Shown piece by piece: positions 50,076 to 64,000 of a stretch of 64,000 nucleotides of DNA. Made by a program: the position numbers and the translations under genes. Position 1 is the first letter of the stretch. Each line of letters starts with the position of its first letter. Origin of the DNA: Eledone cirrhosa (Eukaryota); the NCBI GenBank assembly GCA_964016885.1, contig OZ024742.1, positions 61,008,001-61,072,000 on the forward strand, given 5' to 3'. Under the pieces are notes generated by a model. The model was not told the DNA's origin, made no database searches, and saw only the letters and a program-made list of their open reading frames with translations.

Positions 50076-52567
50076 TTAGCACCACATAATTTATGTAGAA
50101 ATCAGAATTGTTTTTAAAGATGTGTCATCATATATGTCTCTCTCTGTTTCTGTTTGTTTTGATTCTTTCCTTTTTTAATTTTCTTTTTTTTTTCAAAAAC
50201 AAGTCTGCAAGTTATTCATAGAACATGATTATTCAATTGTTTTAAGTTAATATATAATGATGGAACGAATTCAGATAGCTTCAAATCATGAATATATATT
50301 TTATGCAACAGTGGAAAAAAAAAAAAAAAAACAATGTTAAATTGGAGCATTTCAAATACCTTATAAGACATTAATCACACTCTTAATGTTTTAGTATTCA
50401 AGGAGGGGCAATCATTTTTCTTTATGGCTTTTTAGTTCCTTTGTCTTTCTTTTATTTTTGGTAAAAAGAGCGTATTTACCCTGTTACGGAAATAGCACCA
50501 AACAAACATGTATATGAAGAACACTATGTTTTTCTCATGACTTAGGTCTGATTATTTTGCATTACGTTGGATATGAGGAAATTTATCTCAAATAAAAATA
50601 AAGATTCCCTCATTTGTCCTAACAATGGTAGCACATATTATTGGTTGATATTATAGACACAGCATGGCTGAATGGTTAAAGAGTTCGTTTTGCAATCATT
50701 AGTTTCCAGATTTGATACCATTGCATGGCGCATTTGTAGTTGACGAATTACGCCTTTTGAGTAAAATTGGATAGAGTAAAATTGTTTAAAAGCCCATCGG
50801 ATACACTATATCTGTTATTACAAAGGCTAGCCATCTCACATACGAAAACCAACGCTTATGTTGTCGAACACTCAGAAATCACACACATTGCGGTAATGAT
50901 CACCAGGTATCAGCTACGTTAAATACACTATGCTGAAGGATATAAACAACAAATTATTTCCAAAGTTATTTTTATTATTTTGAACTAGTAACAGGAAAAC
51001 GTTACTTTGAAAGTTGTGTTGAAGTAAAATATTACCATATGCAATATCCAACCGAAGAATTCAAGACTACTTCAATGAATAGAGAACAATGAAGAAACAT
51101 ATGTCGCCTTGGCAGAAAATATTTAGAGCAAAACAGAAATGAAAATGGGCAAAAGAGGCGTCAAACGTCAAATTGAAATCTAATCACCAGCATTGAAGGA
51201 CTTCCAACGATTCCATGCAAAGAATACCGTCAAATGTTTCAGTGGAGTCATTACGGTGACGTCGTGACACAACACAGGTTTTAGGGTAATTTTAAACTTT
51301 GCGGAACCTACCTAGCAACGGGCCTGAACAATTCCGACTTCTTCCACGGAATACAAGAGAGAGGGCGGGGGTGGAGGAGATAGGTGGGGGGGGAGAGGTG
51401 AGAGAGAGAAAATGGAGGCAAAAGACAGCGAAATGGTAAGAGATGTGAAGAATCGAACCATGTATTGGTTTCTACTCTTTCACTAAAAAATGTGTGATTT
51501 ATCGAAAAAGATTTCTGTATCATTTGAAATAAGGTTTTGATTGTGATATAAGCGGTTTCAACTTCAATGCAGAAAGTAAGTAATTTATGCTGGGATAATT
51601 TGAAAGGAATGAAAACACATTTTTAGATGAAATTTTTATTGCAAACAAACGAAACGTTTACATTTCTTTAATTCCTTTTAAAGGGAGATAAGAATATCCC
51701 CACCTAACATTCTGAATAATTGTGCAAAATAAAATTAAAAACAATATCGTATCATCTTTATCAATATAGATCCAGTGTTCGTTGTTTAAATACAATTCAA
51801 TAACCTGGCATATTCAAGACCATCATTTCTTGAAATATAAAACATTAATTACATTTCAGCTGATATTTTGATTCGTGTGTACATAATGAAAACTAATATT
51901 TCATTTTCAGTCTTCAAAGCATTATTACTTCAACTCATTAACAAATTGTATCTATTTGTTTTGAAGGCAGATAAATGGTCTAAGATAATTAATGTATATC
52001 TATGTGACACATGATGTTATATTGTTTGTGTGTATGTGCAATTATAGGGAATCCATTCCAGCCAGGGTCAGTACTATGTTAATTTAAGCTATAGAAATAA
52101 ACTATGATGGCAAACAGCACAAAGTGTTTCTCTAATTTCAAATCTTCTATTTACTCTACTCATAAACGACGTGTTGTTATGTTTTATTTTCTTCAAAATA
52201 CGTTTCTGAGACTTTATTAGCAACATCAATAAAAGATGACATACCAAACAGGAAATAATTTCAGGAGATATCTTTTAAAGAACTGTATGATCATAAGTAA
52301 GTAAAAATAAATAATATATAAATGTATATACACGCACGCGCGTGTGTATGTGTGTGCGTGTGTGTGTGCGCGCGCGTGCGCATGTATGTGTGTATGTGTG
52401 TTTGTGCGTGTGTGTTTGAGTGTTTCTGTGTGATGTTGACTGACGCGAGAATGAGTATTCAATACCGAAGTAAAGTTTAGATAAATTTTATCATCGCTAA
52501 GTAATGATTCACTCAGTATTTTCACCAAACAAAACACATTCTCTCCCGCTCTCTCTCTTTCTCTCTC

Positions 52568-52612
<45 letters not shown>

Positions 52613-52642
52613 CTCTCATTCTCTTAGTGTATACAAACAAAC

Positions 52643-52673
<31 letters not shown>

Positions 52674-52699
52674 GAGAGAGAGAATCAGAGAGAATCAGA

Positions 52700-53343
52700 G
52701 ACAGAATCAGAGTGTACAAAAGAGCCACGGAGAAATATAAGACCCTCATAGAAATGGACATGAAAGGAATTTTCCCATTATACAGGAATAGCTTAGATAG
52801 GACTAAACATAAGATAGGGAAAGACACGTCATGGTACTACAACCAGAGATACCAGAGTGTCATTTACGTGGATGCTACCCCTGGAGGGAAATTATCTAAG
52901 CAATGTAAAAAGGCTTTAAAAAAAAACCCTGTACAAATAAGAAATGTGCTATATGTAAAATGAACCCCCAGATAAATTGTAAAACTAGAAATGTAGTATG
53001 TAGCATAAGATGTACAGAGAGTACTTGCGGAAACATGACAACGACATACATAGGTGAGACAGCTCGGAGCGTAGGAGAAAGAATAGACCAACACCGGGGA
53101 GAACTAAAAGGACAACAACACTACGATTCAGTACTATATGAACACGCCAGACAAAGTCATGACGGTAATATAGACAACATAAAAATTGAAATAATATCCA
53201 AGCATAAAAATGACTCAACAGATAGGGAAATCAGAGAAGCAACTGAGATAGAACTAAGAAGACCGAAGCTGAACAGAAAGAACGAATGGAAAATCAACAA
53301 CAACCATACCCAAACAAACAATACTGACTTAAGGGAAAAATAA
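52700..53343 (+). mobile_element. Penelope-like element 3' fragment with GIY-YIG endonuclease (Nematis-like, tentative)
   Basis: SVIYVDATPGGKL; NCKTRNVVCSIRC...YIGETARSVGERIDQH...REIREATEI...LNRKNEW. Confidence 0.8.
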
Positions 53344-53667
53344 ATAAATAAAATAAAAATGGCGTAGACATTACAATACAATGGGAGGAAACATAATAGA
53401 CTGTATATATATATATATTTATTTATATCTGTATTTTTAACCAATGGTTAAACATTGATAAACATTGATTGCCAAATAAATTAACTATGGAAACATAAAA
53501 GATACAGAAGCGAAAACCCAACCCAACCAAACAGTAAGTGTTTTCTGTTATTAATTCTGGCAATATTATAACAATATGACCCTACCCAAGTATAACAATT
53601 TTTGTTTCGAGACACGATTTCATATCAAAAACCTTGCAAAACAAATATATATATATATATATATATA

Positions 53668-54170
53668 TTTATTAAAATAACAGATTAAAGTTTAAACAAA
53701 GAATCACTGCTTTCACCCTTAACGGGATCTTCTGAAAGTCAATTGCTATACTTTGGGAGGGTCATGTTGCCAATAAGAAACACACACACCAATTGCTTTC
53801 ACTCCAATTTATTATAAATTAAATTTATAAATTTAAGAATTTATAAATTTCCGGTTGGTTGGTTGGTTCCACAACCGGACGGTTGTTTATATATTGGCAA
53901 AGTTATTTCGCCACACATTATGTGAACTCTTCAGTGACTGGCGATTATTTTCTTTGTTTTGTGCCTCTCCTTTCTTCTGTCCTACGCCATCTTGTTTTTG
54001 TGTGTGTTGTGTGCTTAGTTTGTGCATGTGTTACATCCGGGTGTCTGTGTGTGTTTTCATTTGTTTATTTATTTGTTTATTTACATGTTACTGGTTGGTT
54101 GTTTTTCTATGTGAGTGTGTGTTTTCATTTTTTCCTTAATTGTAAGTTGTGATGTTGCTATTCCATTCAT
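53668..54170 (-). mobile_element. PLE 3' region/pseudo-LTR of the 45034/62214 family
   Basis: Shares tttattaaaataacagattaaagttt...gctttcacccttaa. Minus-strand degenerate HHR cAGAAGA-tccc-gttaa-ggg-t-GAAA. Flanked by (TA)n. Confidence 0.55.
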
Positions 54171-54200
54171 ATATATATATATAAATATATATGCTATTCC

Positions 54201-54350
<150 letters not shown>

Positions 54351-54764
54351 TTTATATATTGTTGGTTCGCCAACTTGAGCACTCGATAGTTCCATTGAAG
54401 TCTAGTACATGGTTTACACTCTGGTCAGTTTCCATCATATGCAGACCTTAATATTCAAATAAGTAAGATCGAGGTGTCAGAGTATCATCATTAGTTTATT
54501 CAGGTATCGATCTCACCGGACCCTGTAACCACAAGCTCATCAGACTCTTGATTAATTACTGATGGGAGATATCCGCGTACAGCTGATTCAGACCGAGCCT
54601 TGAGCAGTTCAAATAGAGAAACATGCTTCACACCTGAATAAACGTAATTATGATATTCTGACCATACACACACAAACACACAAACAAACATACACAAACA
54701 CACACACACACATAAACACACGCACACACACACACACACATAAACACACACACACACACACACG

Positions 54765-54861
<97 letters not shown>

Positions 54862-55443
54862 GGAAAAAATGAAACTAAATTTCATTTCTCCATCTTAGTA
54901 CGGCTGTTACTTAAATATAAGTATGTATACATACATACATATATGAATACAGACGTACAGTATATATATATAGATACATGCACACATAGATATATATGTA
55001 CGTATGGATTCACCGAACATTTATTATAATGCTCGGTGTGAGAAATGAAATTTCGTTTCATTTTTTCCGTTTATCGTTTTCGGTACCCCGGCCGAGTAAC
55101 TCACTCGATATACAAAATAGGCTGCTAAGCCGTTAATATGCATAAGGAAAGTATATACTTTCAGACTTTCAATCATCTGGCAGGAAAGTATACGTTGCTA
55201 ACAATAGCTAATAAGCTTGAATCTAGTACAGCGTTCCTTTGTCAGTGTTGAACAAATGAGCAACGATGGTTGTTAGACACTGTACGGTTTAATTCGGGAT
55301 GTTTGTTTACAAACACACAGAGCATTATAATAAATGTTCGGTGAATCCATACGTACATATATATATGTATGCATGTATATATATATATATATATATACAT
55401 ACTACTGTATGTCTGTATACATATATGTATGCACGTATACATA

Positions 55444-55498
<55 letters not shown>

Positions 55499-55499
55499 A

Positions 55500-57900
55500 T
55501 ATAGTTCAAGAACAAATATAGCACAGATACGAAAAAGCCCAAAGATTTATTACCTTCGCGTTTGGGAATAAATATAAAAATAAATCAATAGACGTTTCAG
55601 CGTATCGAACATAAGTCCTTCATCAAGAAAGATAAACGTGCAGAGAACGCAATCTTTCGAAACACCGAAGTTGGTATGTTGAGGGGGAAAGAGAAAAAAT
55701 TGACTTTTAAGGTGGGTGAAAAAGGCTGGTAAGCAGTCCGTTGTGCGGAGGAGGGTGCTGAGGTCTACAATCCTGGTGTACCTTTGGTACTGTTACATGT
55801 GAACAGATGGAGTGCGTTTCGTAGGAGTATATGTCGTGGATATTATGTCTCTTTTGTGTGTATGTGTGGTTTCTGTGCATCGTTGATGGAAATATGTGTC
55901 TGCGCATCTTTAGTCATTTTATGTGGACGTGTGTATACACGTTTTTGTGCATTTATGCTTTTGTATGCATGTGGGGGCTTGGGTAATTATAAGTGTTACC
56001 AGTGTGAGTGTGGGGGTGGGGTGGGGGTTATGCGGTTATTAGTGTGTGTATGTGAGTGTGTTTATAAGTTTGAATGACTGTTTCCGTGTGTTTGTGTGTA
56101 GCAAATAAGAAAAGAGATATATGTATCCAGAACTTGCCGACGAAGTATACAATGGAAATGGCCAGGTAGGAGACGTGACAGGTGGGGAGAAGCTGTCTGT
56201 AACACACACAGAACTATAGTTGCGTATGTGAAAGGGTGTGTGCGGTATGTCATAGAGGGTGAAAATCAATGTGTGGTGACACTGGACGGGGTATTAGCGT
56301 ATTTTAGAAAGAGTCACCGTACGAACATGTTGTTTTGTCTGATTGTGGTGATGCTGGCGGTTTTGATGTTGGTATTGATGTGTGCGTGTGTGGGGGGGGG
56401 GAGTCATTGTTCTGTTAGATGTTTAGTCTTGTTGGTTTTGTTAATTAGCGCGGCCTCCAAACCCCACAGTGGTGCCTGGCTCCATGCCTTGCCCTCTTTC
56501 TCCACTGGCAAGCAGCTTGATAAAGATAGCCTGCGCATCGGCGTTTCACTGAGGCTTGGCCTCCGGATCTGCGAGCCACATAAATGTCGCTGTGGATCCA
56601 CTGTGGACGCTTTCTACCTCCATCCGCTTTCCTGACGCAACAGTGTCGGCCGCCTTCCACGCCATGCTGCCCTCAACGCGGTCATAAAGCATGGCGTGGA
56701 TGCAGCAGCCTTCTCCTCCCAGTTCGAGCCGGTGGGCTGGACAGAGAGGACGGCAAAAGGCCAGACGGCAAAAGGCATCGTCTGGAATGCCACTTTCTCC
56801 AGCTGCAACCTGGTGCAGTCTGCGACTAACCCAGGTTCTGCTGCACGTCGGGCTGAGGAGGCCAAACTCGCTCTCGGACAGGTTTGCGATTGTGCCCTTA
56901 TCAGTGGAGACGTCTGGTGTCCTTGGTTCTAAGGCAACCTCCCTACTCACCATCATAAGCGCTGAGCTGGCCAGCCGCAGGTGTGAGCCTCGCGAGTTGG
57001 AATGGCTCTTCCAGCGCATCTCTCTTACCAACCTCCGGAGAAATGCTTTCTCCATTCTGTCCGCCGGGATTATAGTGAGGCCAGCACGCGGGACGCCATT
57101 TGCTCACCATACAGTGAGATGGAGAAGGCGAGAGAGATGGAGGCGATGACAGTGAGAATTCGGCTCTTTCACGTTCAGACCATATCCTTGTGGTTGTGTT
57201 ATTTATATATAGATCTACTTGGCCGTGTCAGTATAATTAATTAATCAATTTTTCCCGTTAATATAATTAATTGTGTTTATGTATCTAAGGTCATGTTGGT
57301 ATAACAATTAATGAGTTGTGTTGGTGTGTGTGCTTTTGTGTATCTCTCTGTCTTAGTGAGTGTGTTGGTGAAAGTAGTCATATGGTGCTGGGCGTAGAGC
57401 ATTTGTGTTGGTACGAGAGTGGAGGAGTGTGTGCTAGAAAAGTGTTGACTAGTGAAATAGTTTCAAAGTTGTTAGTACGCTTCCCCTAAAGATTTGAAGA
57501 GAAATAATAATCTGTTGTTCTCTTTTGATGTGTGAGTTCGGAGCAATCAATGAAGTCGAAAACTGAGAGGTGGAGTGTACGATGGACTGGAAATGTCGGG
57601 CGATCGGAGACAGGTTGTTGAACCAGATGTTCCGAAGCTTCTTTGAAAACTTATTTGCTACAAGACAAGCGTGCAAAGAAGCCCACAAACGAGAAAAGTG
57701 GAGGTACAGCGGAAAGAGGCCCTAATCGTAAACACCTGCTGTTGCGACCAGTGATGGTGGTCGTGTTGGTTAGGAAGCTGCATATGTGACAGTGAAGTCT
57801 GGAGTAGGAGTGGGATCCGGCAGAGCAGTTTGTGGAGGAAGAGAACTGTGGAAGAGGAAACGTCTGGTTTTCTATTAATGACTTATTAAATACTAAATTT
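55500..57900 (-). mobile_element. Decayed Neptune-like PLE (GIY-YIG remnant, long CA-rich 3' region, HHR remnant), interrupted by a CRE fragment
   Basis: CHICSFLTNTTTITG and LRNIWFNNLSPIARHF...REQQII at ~57450-57800; tTGATGA...GAAA-cg-TC at ~55590-55627. Confidence 0.6.
56447..57240 (+). mobile_element. CRE-clade (RLE) non-LTR retrotransposon 3' fragment
   Basis: [59 protein letters not shown]...RNAFSIL. Possible TSD ttaatta at 56441 and 57237. Confidence 0.82.
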
Positions 57901-59049
57901 CCGTAAAGAACTTCACCCAATTGTCTTCAAAGTATCAATAAATAAAGTTATGTTCAGTTACCCACTAGATCTATGAATGCAAAGTGAAACGATTTAAAGA
58001 AATGTTACTTATAGAATAGTTATAACGTAGCATAAACTCTTCTTCGCTTGAAAATAGAGTAATTTGCAGGAACATATTTGCAAGACATAACGTACCCTTA
58101 TTTAGGATTTTAAAAATATAATCCCAAAAGGGAGGTGTTCGGTTAGAGAGAAAACGTCAGTGGATTAATGAAAACAAAACAATTACTGCAATGGTCTATT
58201 TGGTTCTTAGTGGGAAAATACAAACACGCAGACGCATAATAGTGATACTTTACCAATTACAGTTACAAATGTAATTACACTAAAGATATCAATTTAAATA
58301 TGCATCAGTTTCTCACCTTGAATACTAAATACACCAAATTATTATTACATTATGATTACCTCCTTTACACTTGACGAGGGCTCAAGAACTCATGCAAATT
58401 ATGTCAGCCATCTTGGGATTACCTGAAACATAAGCATACTAGAGAATATAGGTATATAAGACATATGCTATAATAAGCATTGAAACCTTAGGTAGCGTGC
58501 AGCTGTGTCGGAAATGTCTTTATGATAATAAACTTTAGCTCTGTACTTAACATAGAGCGCTCTTTCTCTTTTATCTATTCTGTGGAAACTCTTGACACTG
58601 ACCATCCACACACAAATACATAAATACACGGCTGAGTGAAAAGTGTACTCAATGCCGAAGTAGGGTTTAAGTATTAATTTGATTTAAGGCTAAATATTTA
58701 GCCTTAATAAAGTGAATAAATATATATATATATGTGTGTGTGTTTGTGTGTGTGTGTGTGGGCGTATGTGTCAGTGTGTGGATATAACATAAGTTGTATC
58801 TATTGCTCCTTGTCTATATTTATCTCACCAGATTTCAAATATTTGCTGTCAAGTTTCTCACAACACTTTCAAGAAGTGTTCTTGATTTCATCAATAGCAT
58901 AGAAAATAATTTACTTAGGTCTCCAGGTCCGTTACATAAAATATTATATTTAAAAATGCATTATTCAACATTTTACATACACACCCGACTAGTATAACGT
59001 TATACCATATCTTACACACACACGCTTATATAAAAACACGGCAAATCAG

Positions 59050-59097
59050 ATACATATATACATAACATATAACTATATACATTTATGTGCCTGTATG

Positions 59098-59163
<66 letters not shown>

Positions 59164-59228
59164 CATACATATATATAAATATATATATATATATATAAAT
59201 ATATATAAATATATATTTATATATATAC

Positions 59229-59271
<43 letters not shown>

Positions 59272-59290
59272 CTCCACTCACACATACACG

Positions 59291-59347
<57 letters not shown>

Positions 59348-59472
59348 GGAGTGCAACTATTTTAAATATACAAACTTATTTTATGTAAAATGCTCGAAGA
59401 AATATAATCCTCATTATATACATGTATATATCTGCATAAGTATATATATATATATATACATTATGTATGTGG

Positions 59473-59516
<44 letters not shown>

Positions 59517-59596
59517 AAATATATATATTATGTGTATATATATATATATTATGTATATATATATATGTATATATATATATCTACATATATATATAC

Positions 59597-59649
<53 letters not shown>

Positions 59650-59654
59650 GGTGG

Positions 59655-59694
<40 letters not shown>

Positions 59695-59702
59695 GTATAT
59701 GT

Positions 59703-59742
<40 letters not shown>

Positions 59743-59762
59743 GCAGATAATAGATATCATAA

Positions 59763-59803
<41 letters not shown>

Positions 59804-59830
59804 CACATATATATATATATATATATGTGT

Positions 59831-59883
<53 letters not shown>

Positions 59884-60031
59884 TATATATGTATGTAAAA
59901 GGTAAACAGAAATAACAACACAATCGGTACAGTATATGGAAGGTATATATTAGGTTAACGCTTGATATAGCAGGAAGAGGATCTTAACTTTTCGGGAAGA
60001 GAGAGAGTGAGTGTGTGTGTGAGAGAGAGAA

Positions 60032-60073
<42 letters not shown>

Positions 60074-60080
60074 TCTGTGG
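59050..60080. repeat. Compound (TA)n/(CA)n/(GA)n microsatellite field
   Basis: Read directly. Confidence 0.92.
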
Positions 60081-60248
60081 TGCTGAGACCGGGGAGACCA
60101 CTAACCATAGGAGTACTCAATGCACGGGGAGATGCTAGGCAGGTATAGAAATATATTAAATTCCTCTCTCTCTCTTTCCCTCTCTCTTACTCTCTCTCTC
60201 TCTCGCTCCCTCTTTCTCTCACACTATATACATTATATATATATATAC

Positions 60249-60290
<42 letters not shown>

Positions 60291-61408
60291 GTTATAGCTG
60301 TATATAAATACAGAGTGTATATATATATATAATATTTATGATTAGGAATATTATTTATCAAAGATTGTATGCATATATGTGAATCTGCTTAGTGTTAACT
60401 TGGGCGTAGTCGTATACTAAGTATCTAAGAATAAATGTTTCTGGCCTTTAACACTGATAAATCAATTTCATCTTCAGTTCTTCTGTGGCCTCCACGTAAT
60501 TTCATTTATGCAAGAAATCTCAGTTTGGTCCTTAAATAATCTTTGTCCTGCTTCTTTTGTGCTTGTTTGTTTTCCCTTCTTTTTGTTAATGCTTTTTACT
60601 TTTGTCTTGTTTTCATTTTCATCATGCCATTAGTTATTAAGGGGATAACCGTTAAGTGTAATGCTGTCAAGGAAGAAATCTAAGATAGTAGTTGAATTTC
60701 TACGTCAAGGAAAGTGACAACAATAGCATCACCTTTACGGCATCTGTAGAAGCGTTAATAAGTTAACAGGCAATGACGACGCTGCTGCGACTTCTACTTC
60801 ATCTGGCGTCATGATAACATAATAACTACGAAATACCACGAAAGTTTATCTATTATGCTCTCTGTTTAAAATTTCGCCAGCAGTCAACTAATCTATAATC
60901 TCTCTATATACAGTAAATGCTTCATTAAATATCCACACTAAAATCTAATTAGTTTCGCTGAAGATAACAATGTTTCGCTACACATAGATACTATATACTG
61001 GACATCATTCAGATGTTATCCACTGATTTATAGCTTATAGCTTCTGGTAAGAGAGAAACAAACAATGACTTTGTAACTTAATATTCGTCCGTTTCAGCTT
61101 TAAATAAACACTTGGAAAGCTACTTCGAAAGGTTTTCTCAAGACGAAATATGTAAAAGATTGAGCATTTTCTTAATTAAGGATCCCTTAATTAAACCAAT
61201 TCGTTTGTTAAAGTTTAGATTATGTCAAAACTACTATATCTTAAATGAAAGAAATCCATAAAATTAACCGTTGCTATCGTAGTTATATCAAATGTATTAT
61301 CTCCAATGATGGAGATTGAAAGATATGTAGCTAGTGAGAGTTATATATTTCATGTATATCTATCTTAAAACTGACTACTACTTTGGCTACTACTTAAATT
61401 ATTATATT

Positions 61409-61448
<40 letters not shown>

Positions 61449-61905
61449 GAATTAGTATATCTACCAACATATGCGTACAGATGTACACTAATGCTAGCAA
61501 ATACATAAGTTATGTCATAGTACCTAGGTGGTTCAATGCAGGAGGATGCAGAACAATAATATGAAAGACGTAAAATAAGAAAAATTTAAAAAAAAATTAA
61601 AACTTAACTTACTTACTAAACTTTTCACTCCAACTAATTAGTTTCTGTAATGGGATAAAGATAGTTACGTAATATAACCATCGAGAATTCATTACGTCAT
61701 CAGGAAGTCTATTCTCAGCTAAGTCTCCAGGCAATGCGCGGACACTAGGGACTCATATAAAAATAATAATAATTCGGTGGAAGGAACAGCTAGCGGGGAC
61801 TGGATTCCATGCACTGAAAAAGTTCGCTGCCTCTGGTCAAATGGCAGATTCTAAAGAATCAATCACGTGACACTGAGGCTAGTCGGAAGGAGTGGGTTTT
61901 ACGTC

Positions 61906-61953
<48 letters not shown>

Positions 61954-62122
61954 ATAGGATTGAATCGTATGTTTTACAATCGTGTGTGAATACTTATATT
62001 TATATGTATGTGAATAAAGACCTTGAAGTTTATGCCTTTTGCGTTGCCTTTTGATATTGTATTTTGTGATGTTCATCTTGGGTTCATTTCACTTATTTCT
62101 GTAATGGCTTGGGAATTTCTTG

Positions 62123-62212
<90 letters not shown>

Positions 62213-62213
62213 T

Positions 62214-62352
62214 TATTTATTAAAATAACAGATTAAAGTTTAATCTGTTATTTTAATAAATATTTGCTCTACGGTTCTTATATATTTGATATATATTTAT
62301 CCTTATCGAGCCCTCTTTGAATTTTAGTCTTCAAATTTATTATTATTACTAT
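62214..62352. mobile_element. Short fold-back PLE-end element (24-bp perfect hairpin centred on 62238, plus tail)
   Basis: tatttattaaaataacagattaaa-g-tttaatctgttattttaataaata, with a tail shared with 45122-45210. Confidence 0.72.
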
Positions 62353-63518
62353 AAATATATACATATATATTCATAAATATATATATAAAGAGAGAGAGAG
62401 AGGGGGAGAGAGAGACGGGAGGACTAGTCGAATGCTAAGTACATTTTGCCTGCTATGAAAATAATTGTTGGACAGATTGCCTTGTACACCTTGTTAATCT
62501 TTAAATCTATTTTATTTTAGCGATCAGTAGAGTAAGCTTAATCCCGCGTAAACATTGTGAAGAGAGGAGTAGTTGAATAGAACGGTTTGTGAATTGCTGT
62601 AAAGTCAGATAATTAGTCTAACTTTTATGTATTTAGATTCTTTAAAATTATATTTCAGTTATACTTGAGTGTAGAGTCCTATCAGACCAGAACTCATCAT
62701 GGTTAAACGTGTGACTGAGTTTACACCATACGTTTTCTTGAATAGAATGCTAGGTTAAAGTTTACCTTCGGAATACGATAGGTAATGTTCAACTGCGTAG
62801 ACTAGAAGAACAGAAAAGGAAATGTATTGCATATGGATATATATTTCCGCGCCCGAGTTTTGGGTACTAAGCAGACCACTTACGATCATGAAAATAATTC
62901 CATTGCAACTAGACTGTACGCTTTCCTAAATGTATATCAACCTTTCCATTAAGTTTATTTTAGTTTTATTGAGCTAAACAGTCGAGTCCTTATATTTGAC
63001 AGGATATATTTCCATCTACGATCATTAGAAGTGAAGATTCAATAAATTATATATAGGGCTCCGGGTTTTCATGTCGGGTTTCACAAACAGCATTCGAAAG
63101 ATTTCCAGTCTACATCTTTCTGTGTATGAAATTGCTGCTACTATATGATGTCCCCAATGCGGTGTAACCAGCTAACGGTGGTAAAAGTAGGGTGTGCGAG
63201 GTTAATATTCTCAGGTGGGTGGAGATCTGGGAACTCTGGGCGTATACCGGAGAATGGTGTGATATAATCAGTTATATCTTCTACCAAAACTTTCAGAATT
63301 TTCGGCTGTGACTATAATCCTATGGTCGAAATCAGTACTTTAATATAGTTTCCTTGCATTCAAATCCTTGCACCCACTATTTCGTCTCATATGTGTGTAT
63401 ATACCCTATATTATAATAATTGTAGGCGCTTTTTATGCTTCTGTCCTTTTCACACTTTCACTTCTCAACAGTGTTCCGTCCCTTTCTCTTCCTCACTCTC
63501 TATATCTATCTATCTCTG

Positions 63519-63565
<47 letters not shown>

Positions 63566-64000
63566 CACAAAGCTTGCTTTATTTACTTATTCCGTCCGTA
63601 AAATTCTAGGTTTGTACAAGTAATGAGATGTCAATTCAAGAATGTTGCCTTGTCGAGCAACATAGATTCTTAACCATATAAATTACTGAAGCGAAGTGTT
63701 CATTGACTTCATCAGCTCCAGAATCTTTCAATGTTTCCATTAATTTGAAGAATGACAGGTCTGAAGCATCAACATCATACGCATCAATCATTCCAAGAAG
63801 CGCAACAGCAAATAAATATATTTTAACGAATAGGTTTCACTTGCAAAATAAATTGGAACATAATAATAGCAACACGACAAAATTTACATATCGTTAAACA
63901 AACGGAATTTAATGATTTAAAAGATCATGCTCTAATTGTTATTATTATTTTTTTTTTCTGTATTTCAGCACACTTTTTCTAGTCATTCGATTAGTTTATC

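Noticed and set aside
54505-54548. Minus-strand CTGATGA...GAGA-tcga-TA hammerhead-like motif
   Set aside because: The core GAAA is mutated and the stems are poor. It is probably a dead PLE remnant and is not listed as a ribozyme.

Overview
AT-rich eukaryotic (metazoan) genomic DNA, very probably from an octopus. That assignment is an inference from the tRNA-derived SINE family, the extreme (TA)n/(CA)n load and the retroelement mix. No host gene can be called with confidence; the window is mostly retroelements and microsatellites. (1) 1-8853: a train of retrotransposons in one (TAA)n microsatellite, made of two divergent head-to-tail Tx1/L1-clade LINEs on the minus strand (one near-intact, 5.8 kb) and a 5'-truncated Dong/R4-type RLE element on the plus strand. 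(2) 14410-19862: a full-length but decayed Ty3/Gypsy element with CCTT target-site duplication (TSD), tRNA-Trp-type primer-binding site (PBS), a 7x25-bp array, TG...AA termini and a SINE in its 3' LTR. (3) Many Penelope-like element (PLE) pieces (Naiad-, Neptune- and Nematis-like), non-coding derivatives carrying hammerhead ribozyme (HHR) motifs, and fold-back palindromes next to (TA)n tracts. These include an apparently intact type I hammerhead at 11811-11892 inside a 676-nt retrozyme-like unit, and a perfect 431-bp palindrome. (4) Fragments of RTE, CR1, CRE and a second R4-like LINE, plus about 10 SINE copies. All family calls come from motif recognition by eye; no database search was run.
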